From Podarcis gaigeae (Eukaryota), in NCBI GenBank assembly GCA_964106915.2, contig OZ066919.1: 64,000 bases of DNA, one strand, 5' to 3'. The position numbers and the translations under genes are program-made. This document shows positions 1 to 12,657 of this stretch, piece by piece; the first letter of the stretch is position 1, and the number at the start of each line of letters is the position of its first letter. The notes under the pieces were generated by a model, which worked only from the letters and a program-made list of their open reading frames with translations, was not told the origin of the DNA and ran no database searches.

Positions 1-846
1 CCTACACACAGCCCAAACATGCCACATTCCCTCTTAGCCCAAGCAGTATTTCATGGGTCCCATGATCTTTGGTCCCATATAATAAAGGTGATAATATGAT
101 GACAATCTTAAAACACTAGAAAGTTTAGAAACCAACACTCTGCCCGCTCTCCAATGCAACAAAGGTTCACATTGTCAACTGCTATAAACTCTCTTTCATT
201 TCCTTGCGTTTGACAATTTGTACTTTGAGGCAGGATTAAATATTAAAGACCCGAGTGTTTTCATGTGTTTTGGAAAAAGCCAGAAGAGCTTCCAGCCGAA
301 TATGCTGAACACAGAAAAGCCATTTGAGCCAATCTGCTGGGTTTCTTTTGGGCAATGCTATGAAAACGTGATAACCAGCGACCTGATTTAGGCTCCAACA
401 TGCTTCTACAGCTATATAGGGAGAGAGTATGTGGTGAATCACCACTTTCATGGAGATTGCAATTCACCTAGCACTGGTGGAAGAATATCAAGACAGAGCC
501 CATAGCAGAAGTACACATTTGATAGGAGAAGATATGGGTTGTGTAGCCCCTCTTGAGCACAAAAGAGAGCAAAAGTCCTTTCATTTCCAGATTGGGTTCC
601 TTGGCATAAATGGCACAGCTTGCAGAACATGGGTTGTACCCTTTGCAATTTTGCAAAGGTGGAAGGTCGATCAAGCTTTATTCAACACTGCAAATCTGAA
701 TAGCCCTGAGTCCTACCCTGCTGAAACCCATTTAAAACCTCAGAGCTAGAATTGGGATAGCTGATCTCAGTGGGCGGCTCATTTAACCTCTTGGGGAGGT
801 GGTGGGTAATGAAACATTATCTTTATATATGTCTCCCTTTGGAGAC

Positions 847-847
<1 letters not shown>

Positions 848-887
<40 letters not shown>
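848..887. repeat. (TAA)n microsatellite, tail of the adjacent minus-strand L2
   Basis: Pure TAA run, directly followed by a reversed L2 3' end. Confidence 0.95.
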
Positions 888-888
<1 letters not shown>

Positions 889-1432
889 TTTATACTCCAC
901 CCATCTGACCACTGTAGGCGGCTTCCAGAAAAATAAAAAAATAAAAAAATGCCAGACATTAAAAATTTCTCTGAACAGGGCTGCCTTCAGATGTTTTCTA
1001 AAAGTTGTTTCATTTTTGATCTCCCTGATATCTCATGGGAGGGTGTTCCACAGAGGGAGCACCACTGCCAAGAAGGCCCTATGCCTGGTTCCCTGTAACT
1101 TCACTTCTCACAGTGAGGGAACCGCCAGAAGACCCTAGGAAGTGGACCTCAGTGTCTAGGCTGAATGATGGAGGTGAATGATGACTGAGGCCTTTTAGGG
1201 CTTTAAAGATCAGTACCAACACTTTGAATTGTGCTCAGAAATGTACTGGGAGCTAGTGAAGATCTGTTAGGATTGGTGTTATATGGTCTTGATGGCCACT
1301 CCCAGTGACCAGTCATTTTGGATTAGTTGTGGCAGGCATTTTGGATTAGTTGTAGTTTCCGAGTCACCTTCAAAGGTAGCCCCACCTCAGTAATCCAAGT
1401 GGGAAATAACCAGAGCATGTACCACTCCAGTG
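888..1432 (-). mobile_element. L2 LINE 3' fragment (5'-truncated)
   Basis: Reversed lizard L2 3' end: 'cagggctgccttcagatgttttctaaaag...gggagggtgttccacag...accaacactttgaattgtgctcagaa...ttttggattagttgtagtttccgagtcaccttcaaaggtagccccac', with (TTA)n tail. Confidence 0.85.
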
Positions 1433-2024
1433 AGAAAAAATGGAGAGATGTTAAAATTAATCTCCTTATGCAATTAATCAAAATTTGGTCAGCCTATGTG
1501 TTTGCAAATATTATGCATTAGTATGAGTGTGTGAATATGTATACATATATGCAATATATTCACCATCTCTTTGATAGACATACACACACAGTCCAGTCAT
1601 GATCTCCTCAACTCTCTCCCCTTCCTGTTCTCTGAAAAACTCCAACACAATCTGCCTTACATTCACAGTGGTGCTGCAGTAAAAATACTCTAACTTTGAC
1701 CCACCAAATAGACAAACCATTTTACACGCCACAGAGGAAAGCAAAATTCCCTCAGGACCAGACCAAACTGATCTGATCTCAGATAAATTTCCTTCCTGTG
1801 TACAAATATGGCTATCAGACTCTGAATGTGAAAGTAAGCCTGGACTGTTAAGCATGCCCAGTGGAAATTTTCAAAGCAGTACAGCAACAATTGTCCAGAT
1901 CTTCCAATACTGTATTATATTTCTGTTTGCAGTGGTGGCACTGCAAAGGAACATTGGGAAGTAAGGGGAGAGAGGACGAAGCAGATTCTCTGGGAACAAG
2001 CTCTGCGCTGCATGTCTGAGCTGT

Positions 2025-2106
2025 TAAGGATATGCGGAAAAAGCTTTCTTTTTTATTCTCAGTTCTAAGGATACGGAAAAAGCTTTCTTTTTTATTCTCA
2101 GTTCTA
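2025..2106. repeat. Two-copy ~40-bp tandem duplication
   Basis: taaggata(tg)cggaaaaagctttcttttttattctcagttc occurs twice head-to-tail. Confidence 0.95.
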
Positions 2107-4753
2107 GCTGCAGTCCCCAACAGTGCCATCCATGGTTGTCTTGTCAGTGGTAGTGATGAGGAGCACAAGCAAGTAAGAGATAGCTGCCTGCCTTTGTCAT
2201 GGCTTATCAACAGAATGGCAATAGCCAAGTTTTGGAGTGACTCTATTACTTCCTTTTTTCCCCTTTTGGCAGATTTAAATAAAGATGGCAGTCTTACTTA
2301 TTCACTCTGCTCCAAGCTTCAAATGAAATGTTACCATGCCCTGTTAGCCACCCAGCACAGAGAGAACTGTATTTACATAATGAAGTACCCATATATTTTG
2401 TGACTGCAGATTGTATAATAAAATGAGAAACAGCCACACATTGTTCATAAAGGCAAATGAAATGGGAAAACAAACCCTTAGTCAAAACAGGTGCTAATAG
2501 TGCAAATCCTATACATGTCTACTTAGAAGTAACCCCTACTGAGTTCAATGGGACATATTCCTATCAAGTGAGTAGCCTAAATGATTTCAAGCCTGTTCAC
2601 TTAATTTGATTTGTGGCCCTCCTTGACATAGTTTCACTGGAATTTATCAGACTCCCAAACTGCCGCTGGCTGGTGTGCAGCAAAGTGATGGCAGTGGCAG
2701 AGTGTTCTTTTTCCAACGGTGAGTGCTGCCATCCCCTTTCCCAAACACTCTCCATAATACATAAAGATGACTGGGCACCTTTAAAAGGAACAATATCACT
2801 TGCACAAGACTGTCACAACAGCAAAGTCAGCTGTCTTGTATCAACCAATGTTGCAGTGAAACAGAGCTGCCCAAGGTCAGGTGATGGTAATTCCTGCATC
2901 CTTGAGGGGACATCTTAGGTTTGCAGAAAAAAGAAACAAACTAAAAAAACGAGAAGATTGAGGATTGTTCACAGAACCCTGACAGCATGGGAGCAGAGTG
3001 CAGGAACAATGAGTCTCTGTGCTGGGTGGCCACCAGACCTAGAACTAATGCATCACTGAACCCCGATTCTCTTTATTTTCCTTTAATTTATTATGGAGCA
3101 CACCCCATTTGCAGCTTAAAGGGTCTATTGGAAGTGATTAATTTGATTCGGAGGGAAATATTTCCTCTGATCCAAATTAACTCTTCCCCATATACACTCA
3201 TACAAAGGACTCTTTAAACTATAAAAGCTACATGCCTCCTAACAGGTTGAAGGGTTTGGGAGAGGGGAAGCTACAGCATTAGACATCCCTTGATGCCAAT
3301 TTCCTCCTGAACTCTCCTATACAGTCAGGGCAAGCTAACTATTCCACCCATCAAGTACTGGATTGGAGAGTTCAGAGACAGTTGTCCAGCTCTGAACTTG
3401 GCTAATATTCTACCGTGTGAGGAGTTTCCTCATTATTTCTTCCCTCACCCCAGTTCCTTGAGGGGCCTGATCTTGTGTCTCATGAAAGCAGTCATGGTAA
3501 TTTGTTTGACTAAACCTGAAGACTCTAGCAGGATTTGGGGTAGGCTACATGCTTTATTTTATCTCCTCCTCTATCTTCCATGGGGAAAATGTATTTATGT
3601 ATATTTATTAAGTGGGCCTGATGAATAATGTAGCCAGATATCCTTTATTTCAAAAACCAAAAACACCAAACATGTCTTCTTTTAGTATAGGATAAGTTTC
3701 TGAGTCACCACTTATTCTATGAGCTCAATTATACTATCATTAAAATACGGAATTACAATCTATTTTGGAACAGGGTGGACTTTCATGGACCTTTTTTTAA
3801 AATCTGTGTTAATACTTGCAGTCCTTGGAAGAGTATGTCCATAGAGCTAGAGGCTATTAAGTATAGCTCTTGCCCTGTCCACAATTGCTCTATCCATACT
3901 TCATCTTGTGTACAGATTGTAATCAATTATGTTGTCTCTCATCCTTGATTGTACTTGCAAAGTCCCTGATTTTCACCATATGTCCGTGAATAACTCATTT
4001 AACAGGGAAGAGATCTTTGCTTAGCTATTTTTCTCAGTTCAATCTTACAGACCAGGACAAGCAGAAGCTGCAGCAGAAGTTAAAAGAAATTCTGACAAAA
4101 TAATTTTGGTACATAGAGAAGGAAACCTTGCAGTCTTTCTGCTATTTTATAAGGAACAAGGAGTCATCTCTTTCCCAATGCTACAACTCCCGTCTCATAA
4201 AAACGCCTAGTTTCTTCACTAAAGTTGCCTCCAGACTGTCAGTACCTTGTGGGAAGGATTCAATCTCATACTGTAAATTTTTGCAATTAAAATGGATTAA
4301 AGTGTTTTGGCGCAACAAATCCACTTTTACAAATGTGGACTTTCTGCAGTGAGGAAAGTGAAGAGGACATACACTAAAAAGTGTGGGATAAATGACAGAT
4401 TAACAGGTAGGTGTGTAACCACCACATAAGCAAACGGGTGAATGCAAGGTGAATGCTCATTGTTGTATAACCTCCCCCAAAACAAATCAGAACAAAGGCT
4501 CAATAAAGACTGGAAATCATATAATCTCCATGTAAGCTTTATGCAAACAATTCAGGATGAATACTCAATAAAAAGGTCATTGGAGGAACCCCAACTACTG
4601 CATGACCCCATCTCAATCACATGCTTTTAGGAAATCTTCCTTGTTTCAAAAACTCCCTATTCTAGAATGAAAAATAGCCCCATCTGCACGTTAAATTTTA
4701 TAGGCACTCTGACTTTTTCACATGCTCAGTTCTTCAAAAGGAGTTTGCAAATT

Positions 4754-4929
4754 CAGGGGTGCCAACTTGAGTAAAATATGTGGGGAGCAGTTAAACATAA
4801 TTGATCACAAGATGTGGCGCATGTAAAACATTTGAATGGCAATGCCCACTTTGAGGGGAGACCCCTCAGATATTTTATGGGGGGGGGGTGTTTTGAAAGG
4901 ACCTCAATCCCTAGGAGTTGGCTTCTATG
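4754..4929. mobile_element. Non-autonomous hAT-type MITE (CAGGGGTGCCAACT...AGTTGGCTTCTATG)
   Basis: Imperfect terminal inverted repeats; internal sequence homologous to 54340-54454. Confidence 0.7.
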
Positions 4930-5844
4930 GTTGCAATATATGCAGAGATCTATATTTCTTTATAATATGGTGCTTCATATTATATGATGGGTTTGACCCT
5001 GTCTTTTAAATAGGATGATATGGACTTCCTAAATAATAATGCATCTTGGATATTGTATTTAGGAAGCCATCAGTGGGATCACATCTGTTTATAACAAGCT
5101 GGAGTGTGACTCCAGACATGTAATGTAGCCTGTGGTCTCTATAGTAAATGCCATTTTCAGTGAAAATTAGAAAGGTTTTTCTATGGCCTTGTTGGAGATT
5201 TTCAGGCTGGGGGCTTTCCTGCCCCAACTAGGAATGTTGTTGAGGCAGTTCTCGTCTCCCTAGAGGTGTGGGAACGGAGGAGTGTCACGCAGATCCCACT
5301 GACAGATCTGTAATCTTGTTGTCTTCACCAGCAAAAAAGGGTGCGTGACTGTGATCCAGGACTCAGAGCTGTGGAGGGTGATTGCAAAGATGAGAAAAGG
5401 AAGGAGAGGTCTTGAGGGCATGAAAAATTTAAAAAGGCCACATTATTTCTTAATAAGTTGAACTAAACATTCAGATGCAGACACCACAAACAAATCTTTG
5501 TTGGGGGTATCATTTCCCTCCAATAGCGCACATGCAATTTGTGCCTTCAAAATGACCCATTTTACCATAATGCATGGTTGCTTGGCTACGTTCGCTTTCC
5601 TTGTACATTTTCTCAGATGGAAACATGGTTATGTTTGCTTGGAAGACGCTGCTTTTTCCTGGCTTCCCTTCCCTAAGGGACACACACGGGACAAGAGCAA
5701 CCTCTTAGCATCAGGCAAAAATTGCAGCTGCTATATGAAAGTTTATTTTATTTTTTTTACTCTGAAGAGCAGCCATGAAAACATGACTCCACTTTAATGG
5801 TAAGACAGTGGTGGGGAAGGAGAAAAGATATAATGCAAGAGTTT

Positions 5845-6260
5845 GTTTATTTATTTATGCTATTTATATACTGCTTAGTTACTGTAGTTTTTAAGCCATG
5901 TTTAAAAATTAATCCAAGACCCCAGAAAACTTATTTAAAATGCTTGCCTAAATAGAAAGTTCTTTGTCAAGTGCCTCAAGTTCAACAAGGAGGGGGCATG
6001 TCTAATCTCAGCTTGGGGGAAGGCAGAATTGGGTCCACCATGCTGAATGTAGGGTTTCTGCTGGATACCAGCCATGCATCTGAGCTATGGAGGACCACTA
6101 ACAGAGACACCCCAGTGCAAATGTGCCCTAATGCTAAAGAAAAGTAAGCAAATACTGGGTGCCTTTTCTTTACCAATGAGGCACTACAACCAGCCTCCAC
6201 TCATTTGGGAATGGGGGGATGCACTACAATCTGCAGGCAGACTTGAGCACCAGCACTTTT
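5845..6260 (-). mobile_element. Degenerate L2 3' fragment
   Basis: (TTTA)n tail followed by eroded reversed L2-like sequence ('aatgcttgcctaaatagaaag', 'agcaccagcactttt'). Confidence 0.45.
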
Positions 6261-7844
6261 AATTTGAAAACTCAAACAGAAAAATTTCATTAGAAACTTT
6301 GCAAACCTGTTATTAGTTGTTCAATTAAAATCCACATTTTCTACAAAGAAAAATTGCTCATTACAGGATGAAATCCACTGAGCAGTTATTTCTTTTTGTC
6401 TCCCCCCCCCCCCTGCACATTTTCAGTTTATCCCTTGACTTTTCTAAAACATAAAATAAAATGTAGGAATTACACAGATGCAGGTGGCATTTAGCTAGGT
6501 GTGACAAGCTTTCCTACACAGCTGTTTTAAAATATATGGTGTGTTTCCATTCACTTTTTTCCTCCTTGCTCTTATTCTACTATAGAAGTGATAATATATC
6601 CCAAAGACAACCTCAAATCTTATATAAATTGGATGATGGTGTGGAAAGAGAATGACAGCTTCTCTTTTCTCTTCCTCTAAGGACCTGAAACATGTTAGAA
6701 GGGCAGGGGGCATATAGGAATAGGGTTTCTCATCAAATCAGTCACTGTTATCAGTGCAAGAATCATAGTTAAGCTGATTACATTTAGACCCCAGAACCTG
6801 TTTCTAAGATCACATGAAGGGTTTGTAAATTCTACTGAATTAACCACAGCCAGTCCTCACATGTTTGGGACCCAGGTTTTCAGATTGCAGGGTGCTGCTT
6901 TGATACAGACTTGAAACCTTGCATTTTAGAAACTGGACACTATCCAGAATGGTTCAGAAGACAGAACACTAGATTTAAATCTAGGCGATGCAAGCTCAAG
7001 TTCAAGATTCATTTGACCCTCTCAGATTAAATTGGTAATAATACACACACATGGTAGCTCTTCCTATTGCAGCCACTAGCTCAACTCCCTAGCTTCTGGC
7101 ACTTCCATGAGCATGGCAGATGAGCCACCTGAACTATTTGCCATCAGCAGAGATCCTTCAAAATGTGGATTGGGTTCAGCTTGTGATAAACTATTCAGAT
7201 GACCAATTCTCATCCTGGGCTACCAGATGGCTACTGGAAGAGCGAATGAGTGCATGTGATTAAGAGAGGAGCTCACCTTGCTGGCACTTCCAGTAGGAAG
7301 GGCTACCTCGTGCTTTTAGACCTAGGGTTTTAGAGGATTATGAAACCACAAAAAAGTTAGCTTTGGCTCTACACTGCACTGAGTGATCATGAGATGTTTA
7401 TTGTCTAGCGGGTAAAGGCAAGGTAAATACTGCAGCACTGATTAATGGACCAACATACCAGTGCAACATTTAATAACAACAGTTTCTAGGCCAAGAACCT
7501 GCCATAAAATGAAAACCTGAATTGTTCCTATGCAAATCACAGTGACTAGGTTAACACATAATTCTCCCCCTCCCCCTTTGAAACAGTAAGAGCTTTGTAA
7601 AAGCTGCCAGCTCCTGAAGAAGCAACTTTTATTACCCAGATCTCCCAAACTCTTACCTTTCCTAGTCAAACAGAAATCCAAACAATACAGGTTTTGCATT
7701 GATAGCACCTTGGAGGCAGGCAACCTGTGCTTTCTAGGGTAAATTTAACTACACAGGTTGTGTTTTTTTAAAATAACAATGGGGAAGGATGGGAGATGAC
7801 AAAGGGCACATGGAGCTGATGACTACTAAATTGCAACACTAAAG

Positions 7845-7968
7845 AGGTGCTTTTTTCTAGAAACATAGGTGCTGGTACTTGCCATGAAGTCGTTACAGTA
7901 AGTGCCACACTTTTTAACAACAAAAGAGGTGCCAGTACTGCATACCCCTGAGTACCCCCTGGGGCACT
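7845..7968. mobile_element. Short hAT-like MITE related to the 24908 and 43736 copies
   Basis: 'gtgcttttttctagaaa...aggtgctggtact...gaggtgccagtact' shares the left end and internal motifs with that family. Confidence 0.5.
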
Positions 7969-8434
7969 TGTGTGGACGGTGAGGAACACAGGCATGCCTT
8001 TAAGTGCACACTTCCATGTAGTATGTGCACATGTGCAACAGCCTTCTAAAATTACACAAAATGCAGTAAAATCCAAGCTTTCAAGCCAAAGCAAGAATCA
8101 CAATATCCTTACTGATTTCAGCAGAACTGTATATTAATCAATGGAAATAGTAACAAGGTCAGAAGGTTGTTTCCATCCACCATTCTGAATTGTAAAAGAC
8201 AGACTTCGCCTCCTTGGCTTGCTTGAGAGCTTCCCACAGTATTTGGATATCCTTTGTCAGACACAAAATTCTGAGATAGATGGAGATTTGATTTAGCCAT
8301 GTGCATTGGTTTAACCTTGAAGAACAGCAAGTAAGGCTATTGTCCTGAACATGCCAACTTACACAAATTCTGTGTTTCTATGACATATGAAACATTTTCC
8401 TGCATCATCCTGAATCACCTGAAAATGAGGTCCT

Positions 8435-9665
8435 CTGTGGGCTGATTTCATGCAGCATGCATTCAATAACCATGTGCCATGTGTGTGTCATAATTGGCAA
8501 CGTAGTGCCAGTGGAAGAGTGTGTGCAATCTCGTCTTCATATCTGTGGAGAAACTTCCCCACATCCCTCAAAATGTCATTGCTACATCCATGAATTATTG
8601 GGCCTGTATGAAAGCATCCTTAGTTCTCTAACACCTTTGTTTGCATAGTAGCATGGCATTGGGCAATTCTTTTGACATTGTTGAAATAGGCAGTCAACAT
8701 GAATTATGGGTGGCGAAGCCTGGCCTTGAAAGACTTCTGTCTGTCCTGGGCAGAGATTCAGCTTTATTATTTTGGTAAGGTGTCACTACACATCTCTGCA
8801 GCGTTACATAAAGTAAAACAATTATCAGCCAGGAAGTGCTATGTTTTCATTTGTGGTTTCTTGTGATGAGGAGGCGATGAGGCAGTGTGGGGATGCAGGA
8901 AAACTGGTCCACATGCCAGGAAAGGCAGGAGAAGTGACAATCATCATGCACAACAGTGGTGGGATTGTTTGACGGGATAGAGAAGAACTTGCAATTCCTG
9001 GAGGCGTAGAAAGACAAGGGCTAGGAAACAGGTTGCAGCAAGTCCCCTGGGAGAGTCATTTTAGCTGGAAGGAAAAGGTTTTTACAAAGGCACTGGAATA
9101 GTAGCATGAGAATGAACTGATGGTTTTCAAGTGACAACAACTAAAAAAGCCCACTTTCACTTTGGATGGATAAGCAATCTACAGCAGCATCAGTAGATTA
9201 CTTAAAGAGGATTTTAAATACAACAGTAGACTATTTCAAGCCTGTGGCATGCTCCACCTCAAATCAAAAACTCTTTAAATTTTAGATGTTGAGCCAATCA
9301 TGGAAAAATAATTTTTAATATATAAATAAAATTGAATGGAGTAATGAATTGCACAGACTGAACCAAGATTCAAAATGAGGGTTCTGCTTGGATTTTAACT
9401 AGAACTTCTACCCGTGAAAAGATATGCATTAGCTTACTGCATAAAAGTTTTATTCATTATCTTACCGATAAAGTTTCTAAGGAGGCACATGCTTTGAATG
9501 CAAAAGGTCCCAGGTTCAATACTTGGCACCTCCAGTAAAAAGATCAGGTAACAGGTGATGTGAAATACCTTTCTTTGTCTAAGACTTGAGAGTTGCTATC
9601 AGTTTGAGTAGACAATACTAGGTTGAATAGCCTAATATTCTGACCTAACTGGTATAAGGCAGCTG
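8435..9665 (+). repeat. Inverted segmental duplication, copy 1 (paralog about 26390-27580)
   Basis: Colinear reverse-complement homology, including an exact 49-bp match 8975-9023 = rc(27023-27071) and a SINE at the same relative position. Confidence 0.9.
9480..9665 (+). mobile_element. tRNA-derived squamate SINE (Squam3-like)
   Basis: B-box-like 'ggtcccaggttcaat', body 'gtagacaatact', tail 'ggtataaggcagct'. Confidence 0.75.
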
Positions 9666-11329
9666 CTGCTGATGTCCATCATTATACATCTCTTGACTAG
9701 GCACTATGAACAAAAATATATTGTTTGCAATGTCTATTTAACCAAAACTTACTATGTGTAGAAAGTATTAAAACTATCACCTTATTAAGACACCATAATA
9801 TTAATATTAAGTGGTTAAGCACTATAATACTTGGTTAAAAGAAAGTGGTCTTTCATCAAATTGACAGTTCTATGAGTGCTACACTTGCAATAAAAGCAAT
9901 GTCATCATCACCATCACTTTGTTTGCTGCCCCCCCTCTCTCAAAACAGCTTACAATAATGAGAACAAGACACCAAAAAACAAAAACCATCTCTAGATAAC
10001 CATCCCATTAGAAAACAGCAAGTGATCTTGAAAGCGAGAATAGGTTAAGATAGTAAATTACCCTTGCCTGCTTTCCTTTTTGGACTTTTCCCGAAACACA
10101 AACCTACCCACTGTCTTTATCCTCACTCAAAACAACACTTTTTAAAGCGCTTATCCAGCTAGAGTTGAACTTTCCAAATCACTTGACCACTAGAAAACCA
10201 ATATTCACCAAATATCACTAAAAAAACATGTTTAGGCCTGAATCTTTAAAGCCTGGACCTATGCCTAGAAACACAGCACAAAAGGAAGTGTGGATGAGTC
10301 CTACGAGTTAAGGACTGGCTCAGGTCATAACTGAACTGACCTGAACAGCCGAGAGAAGGGGGGTGGGGGGAAGGGAACAGGGATCTCTGCAGACCAATGG
10401 TTGTAATGCTGCCACATAAGGCCTGTAATCCATTGTTGATATTCCAGGAGGGCTGTATCCTCTACTGCAGACCATGAATTCTCAGGGTTTCTTGTGTACA
10501 TCTGCTGTTCTTGTGCAAAATAACATACGACATTGAACTGGCATACGTATTTGATGTCATTGGTGCAGTTTGAATCTCTCCCCCCCGCCCACCTTTTAAA
10601 ACGTGTGCTAATTAATTTGCACCACTGATTCTGTGCACTTATTCAGCTAGAAACCTTGCTGGTTTTCCTCCCAGCAGCTAGTCCACTGTCTCAGAAATCA
10701 GCTACTTTAGCCTCCTGGATCAAGGCCCATTTCTTTTTGAGCACAAAACATTAGAGAGCTGGATGCAATTAGGACAATCCAGCATTTCAGTAAGAATCAA
10801 AACCCTCAGCATGGAAATCTGGGAGGAGAACATATCTATGAAAAATGCACCATTATTATGTCAGACCAGCAAAAAAAGGAAAAGAGGTAAAATTGCACAA
10901 AATTTGACAGGTGCATTGAGATGGATACAGCCATATAATGTCTGAAGGGAACAGAATGAAAGTGTTGGAATCTCTATTAGGGCACATAGATCCCAAGCAC
11001 GCCCACTTCTATTATTTCATCCATCACTGGTGCAAAACAGTTAACAAGCAACCAACAGCTAAGCAGGCTAACTTCTTAGCCAATCATCTGGGGAGACCTC
11101 TGCAATCCAAAGCCTTCAACATGTGATGACTATGGTTATAGGACATCTAGAGGTCTGACATTCTTCGGTGTTGCATATTAAAGGAGGGTATGAGGGATCT
11201 CCTCATTCCTGTGCTGGATGTCTACTCACTGTAAAAGCTCAAGCCCTAGAAGTTAAAAGCATGCATAACCTGCAAAGCATTCAGCCAACAGCAATAGTTG
11301 GGAGGTGCCAACTATTGCTGTAGTTTAAT

Positions 11330-11445
11330 CTGTGAAGCTAAACATCTTGAAAGCTGGCCAGCACTTGCATGGGAGGTCCTCTGGAAGTCTCATGTTAACC
11401 GCCTTGGGGTGCCTTGCAAAATCAGTAGGGTAGCAATGTAATAAA
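11330..11445 (+). mobile_element. Degenerate 5S-rRNA-derived SINE (SINE3-like)
   Basis: 'gaagctaaaca...ctggccagcacttgcatgggag...ctggaa' aligns to the 5S rRNA A/C-box region 'gaagctaagca...ctggttagtacttggatgggag...ctgggaa'; ends in an L2-like 'aatgtaataaa' tail. Confidence 0.55.
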
Positions 11446-12027
11446 GATGCATGTGAGTCAGGACCCCAGTCACCAGGTCACAGCCTTCACGACAGCAACT
11501 AAAAAATGCCAATATAATATGTGTAGCAGGGAAAATATACATTAATTAACTAGATTAATGTTTGGCAACTCCAGACTTAATCCAGCTAATGAGGGTGTTA
11601 ATGTCAGTGCTAGCACTAGAGTTAATTCCTCTGGAGCAGCTCAGATCAAAGTTTTCTTTGTTTCATAGAGGGATCAAGCAAAAGAAAGGGACAGGCAGCT
11701 TTTTGCTTGAAGCAAATGTCCCCAAAGCTGGTTGAGCAGATCTTTTAACCAGGTCTTATAATGAGTTTCCTGTGAGACCTCAGAGAAGTGGCTTCTTTGA
11801 CCTCAGCACCCAAGTGGAGATACTGCTGCTTTCCAATCATGGCTGAAATCAGATTAGTTTATGCAGAAATTATACAAGGGCAGAGAGAAAGTTTGGAAGT
11901 CTATTTATTGTTTTAAAATGGCTGTATGTACAGTTTTTTGAAAGTTAATTTTGGAAAGGTAACATGCAGATGTTTCAGATATGTGCACATTCCACATATG
12001 GATTTATTAGCATGTACTTAGCTCACA

Positions 12028-12394
12028 GTGGCGCGGGTGGCACTGTGGGTAAAACCTCAGTGCCTAGGACTTGCCGATCGTATGGTCGGCGGTTCGAATC
12101 CCCACGACGGGGTGAGCTCCCGTCTTTCGGTCCCAGCTCCTACCCACCTAGCAGTTCGAAAGCACACTTAAGTGCAAGTAGATAAATAGGTACCGCTTTA
12201 TAGCGGGAAGGTAAACGGTGTTTCCGTGTGCTGCGCTGGTGCTGGCTTGCCAGAGCAGCTTCGTCATGCTGGCCACGTGACCCGGAAGTGTCTCCGGACA
12301 GCGCTGGCCCCCGGCCTCTTAAGTGAGATGGGCGCACAACCCTAGAGTCGGACACGACTGGCCCGTACGGGCAGGGGTACCTTTACCTTTACCT
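12028..12394 (+). mobile_element. Full-length Sauria SINE
   Basis: tRNA-like head with 'ggttcgaatccc' B box, Bov-B-like 3' end 'gagtcggacacgact', (ACCTTT)n tail, perfect 13-bp TSD tacttagctcaca (12015-12027 / 12395-12407), CpGs retained. Confidence 0.95.
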
Positions 12395-12442
12395 TACTTA
12401 GCTCACAAGTTGCAAGTGTTATCTAGCAACAAGTAGCCAATA

Positions 12443-12657
12443 CAGTGGTACCTCAGGTTACAGACGCTTCAGGTTACAGACTCTGCTAACCCAGAAATAG
12501 TACCTCGGGTTAAGAACTTTGCTTCAGGATGAGAACAGAAATCACGCAGTGGCAGTGGGAGCCCCCATTAGCTAAAGTGGTACCTCAGGTTAAGAACAGT
12601 TTCAGGTTAAGAACGGACCTCCAGAACGAATTAAGTTCTTAACCCGAGGTACCACTG
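12443..12657 (+). mobile_element. Tc1/mariner-type MITE (CAGTGGTACCTC TIR)
   Basis: TIRs cagtggtacctc / gaggtaccactg flanked by TA; further copies at 23386, 33214 and 58310. Confidence 0.9.

Noticed and set aside
236-749. Cluster of 66-99 aa ORFs at the window start
   Set aside because: No recognisable protein motif and no convincing splice boundaries.
8877-8972. Small ORF MRQCGDAGKLVHMPGKAGEVTIIMHNSGGIV, also open in the duplicated copy
   Set aside because: Differences between the copies are mostly amino-acid changing; a shared short ORF is expected at this nucleotide identity.
11330-11390. 5S rRNA gene
   Set aside because: Too diverged and incomplete; treated as a SINE-derived remnant.
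12028-12120. tRNA gene
   Set aside because: The A/B boxes belong to the head of a Sauria SINE with tail and TSD.
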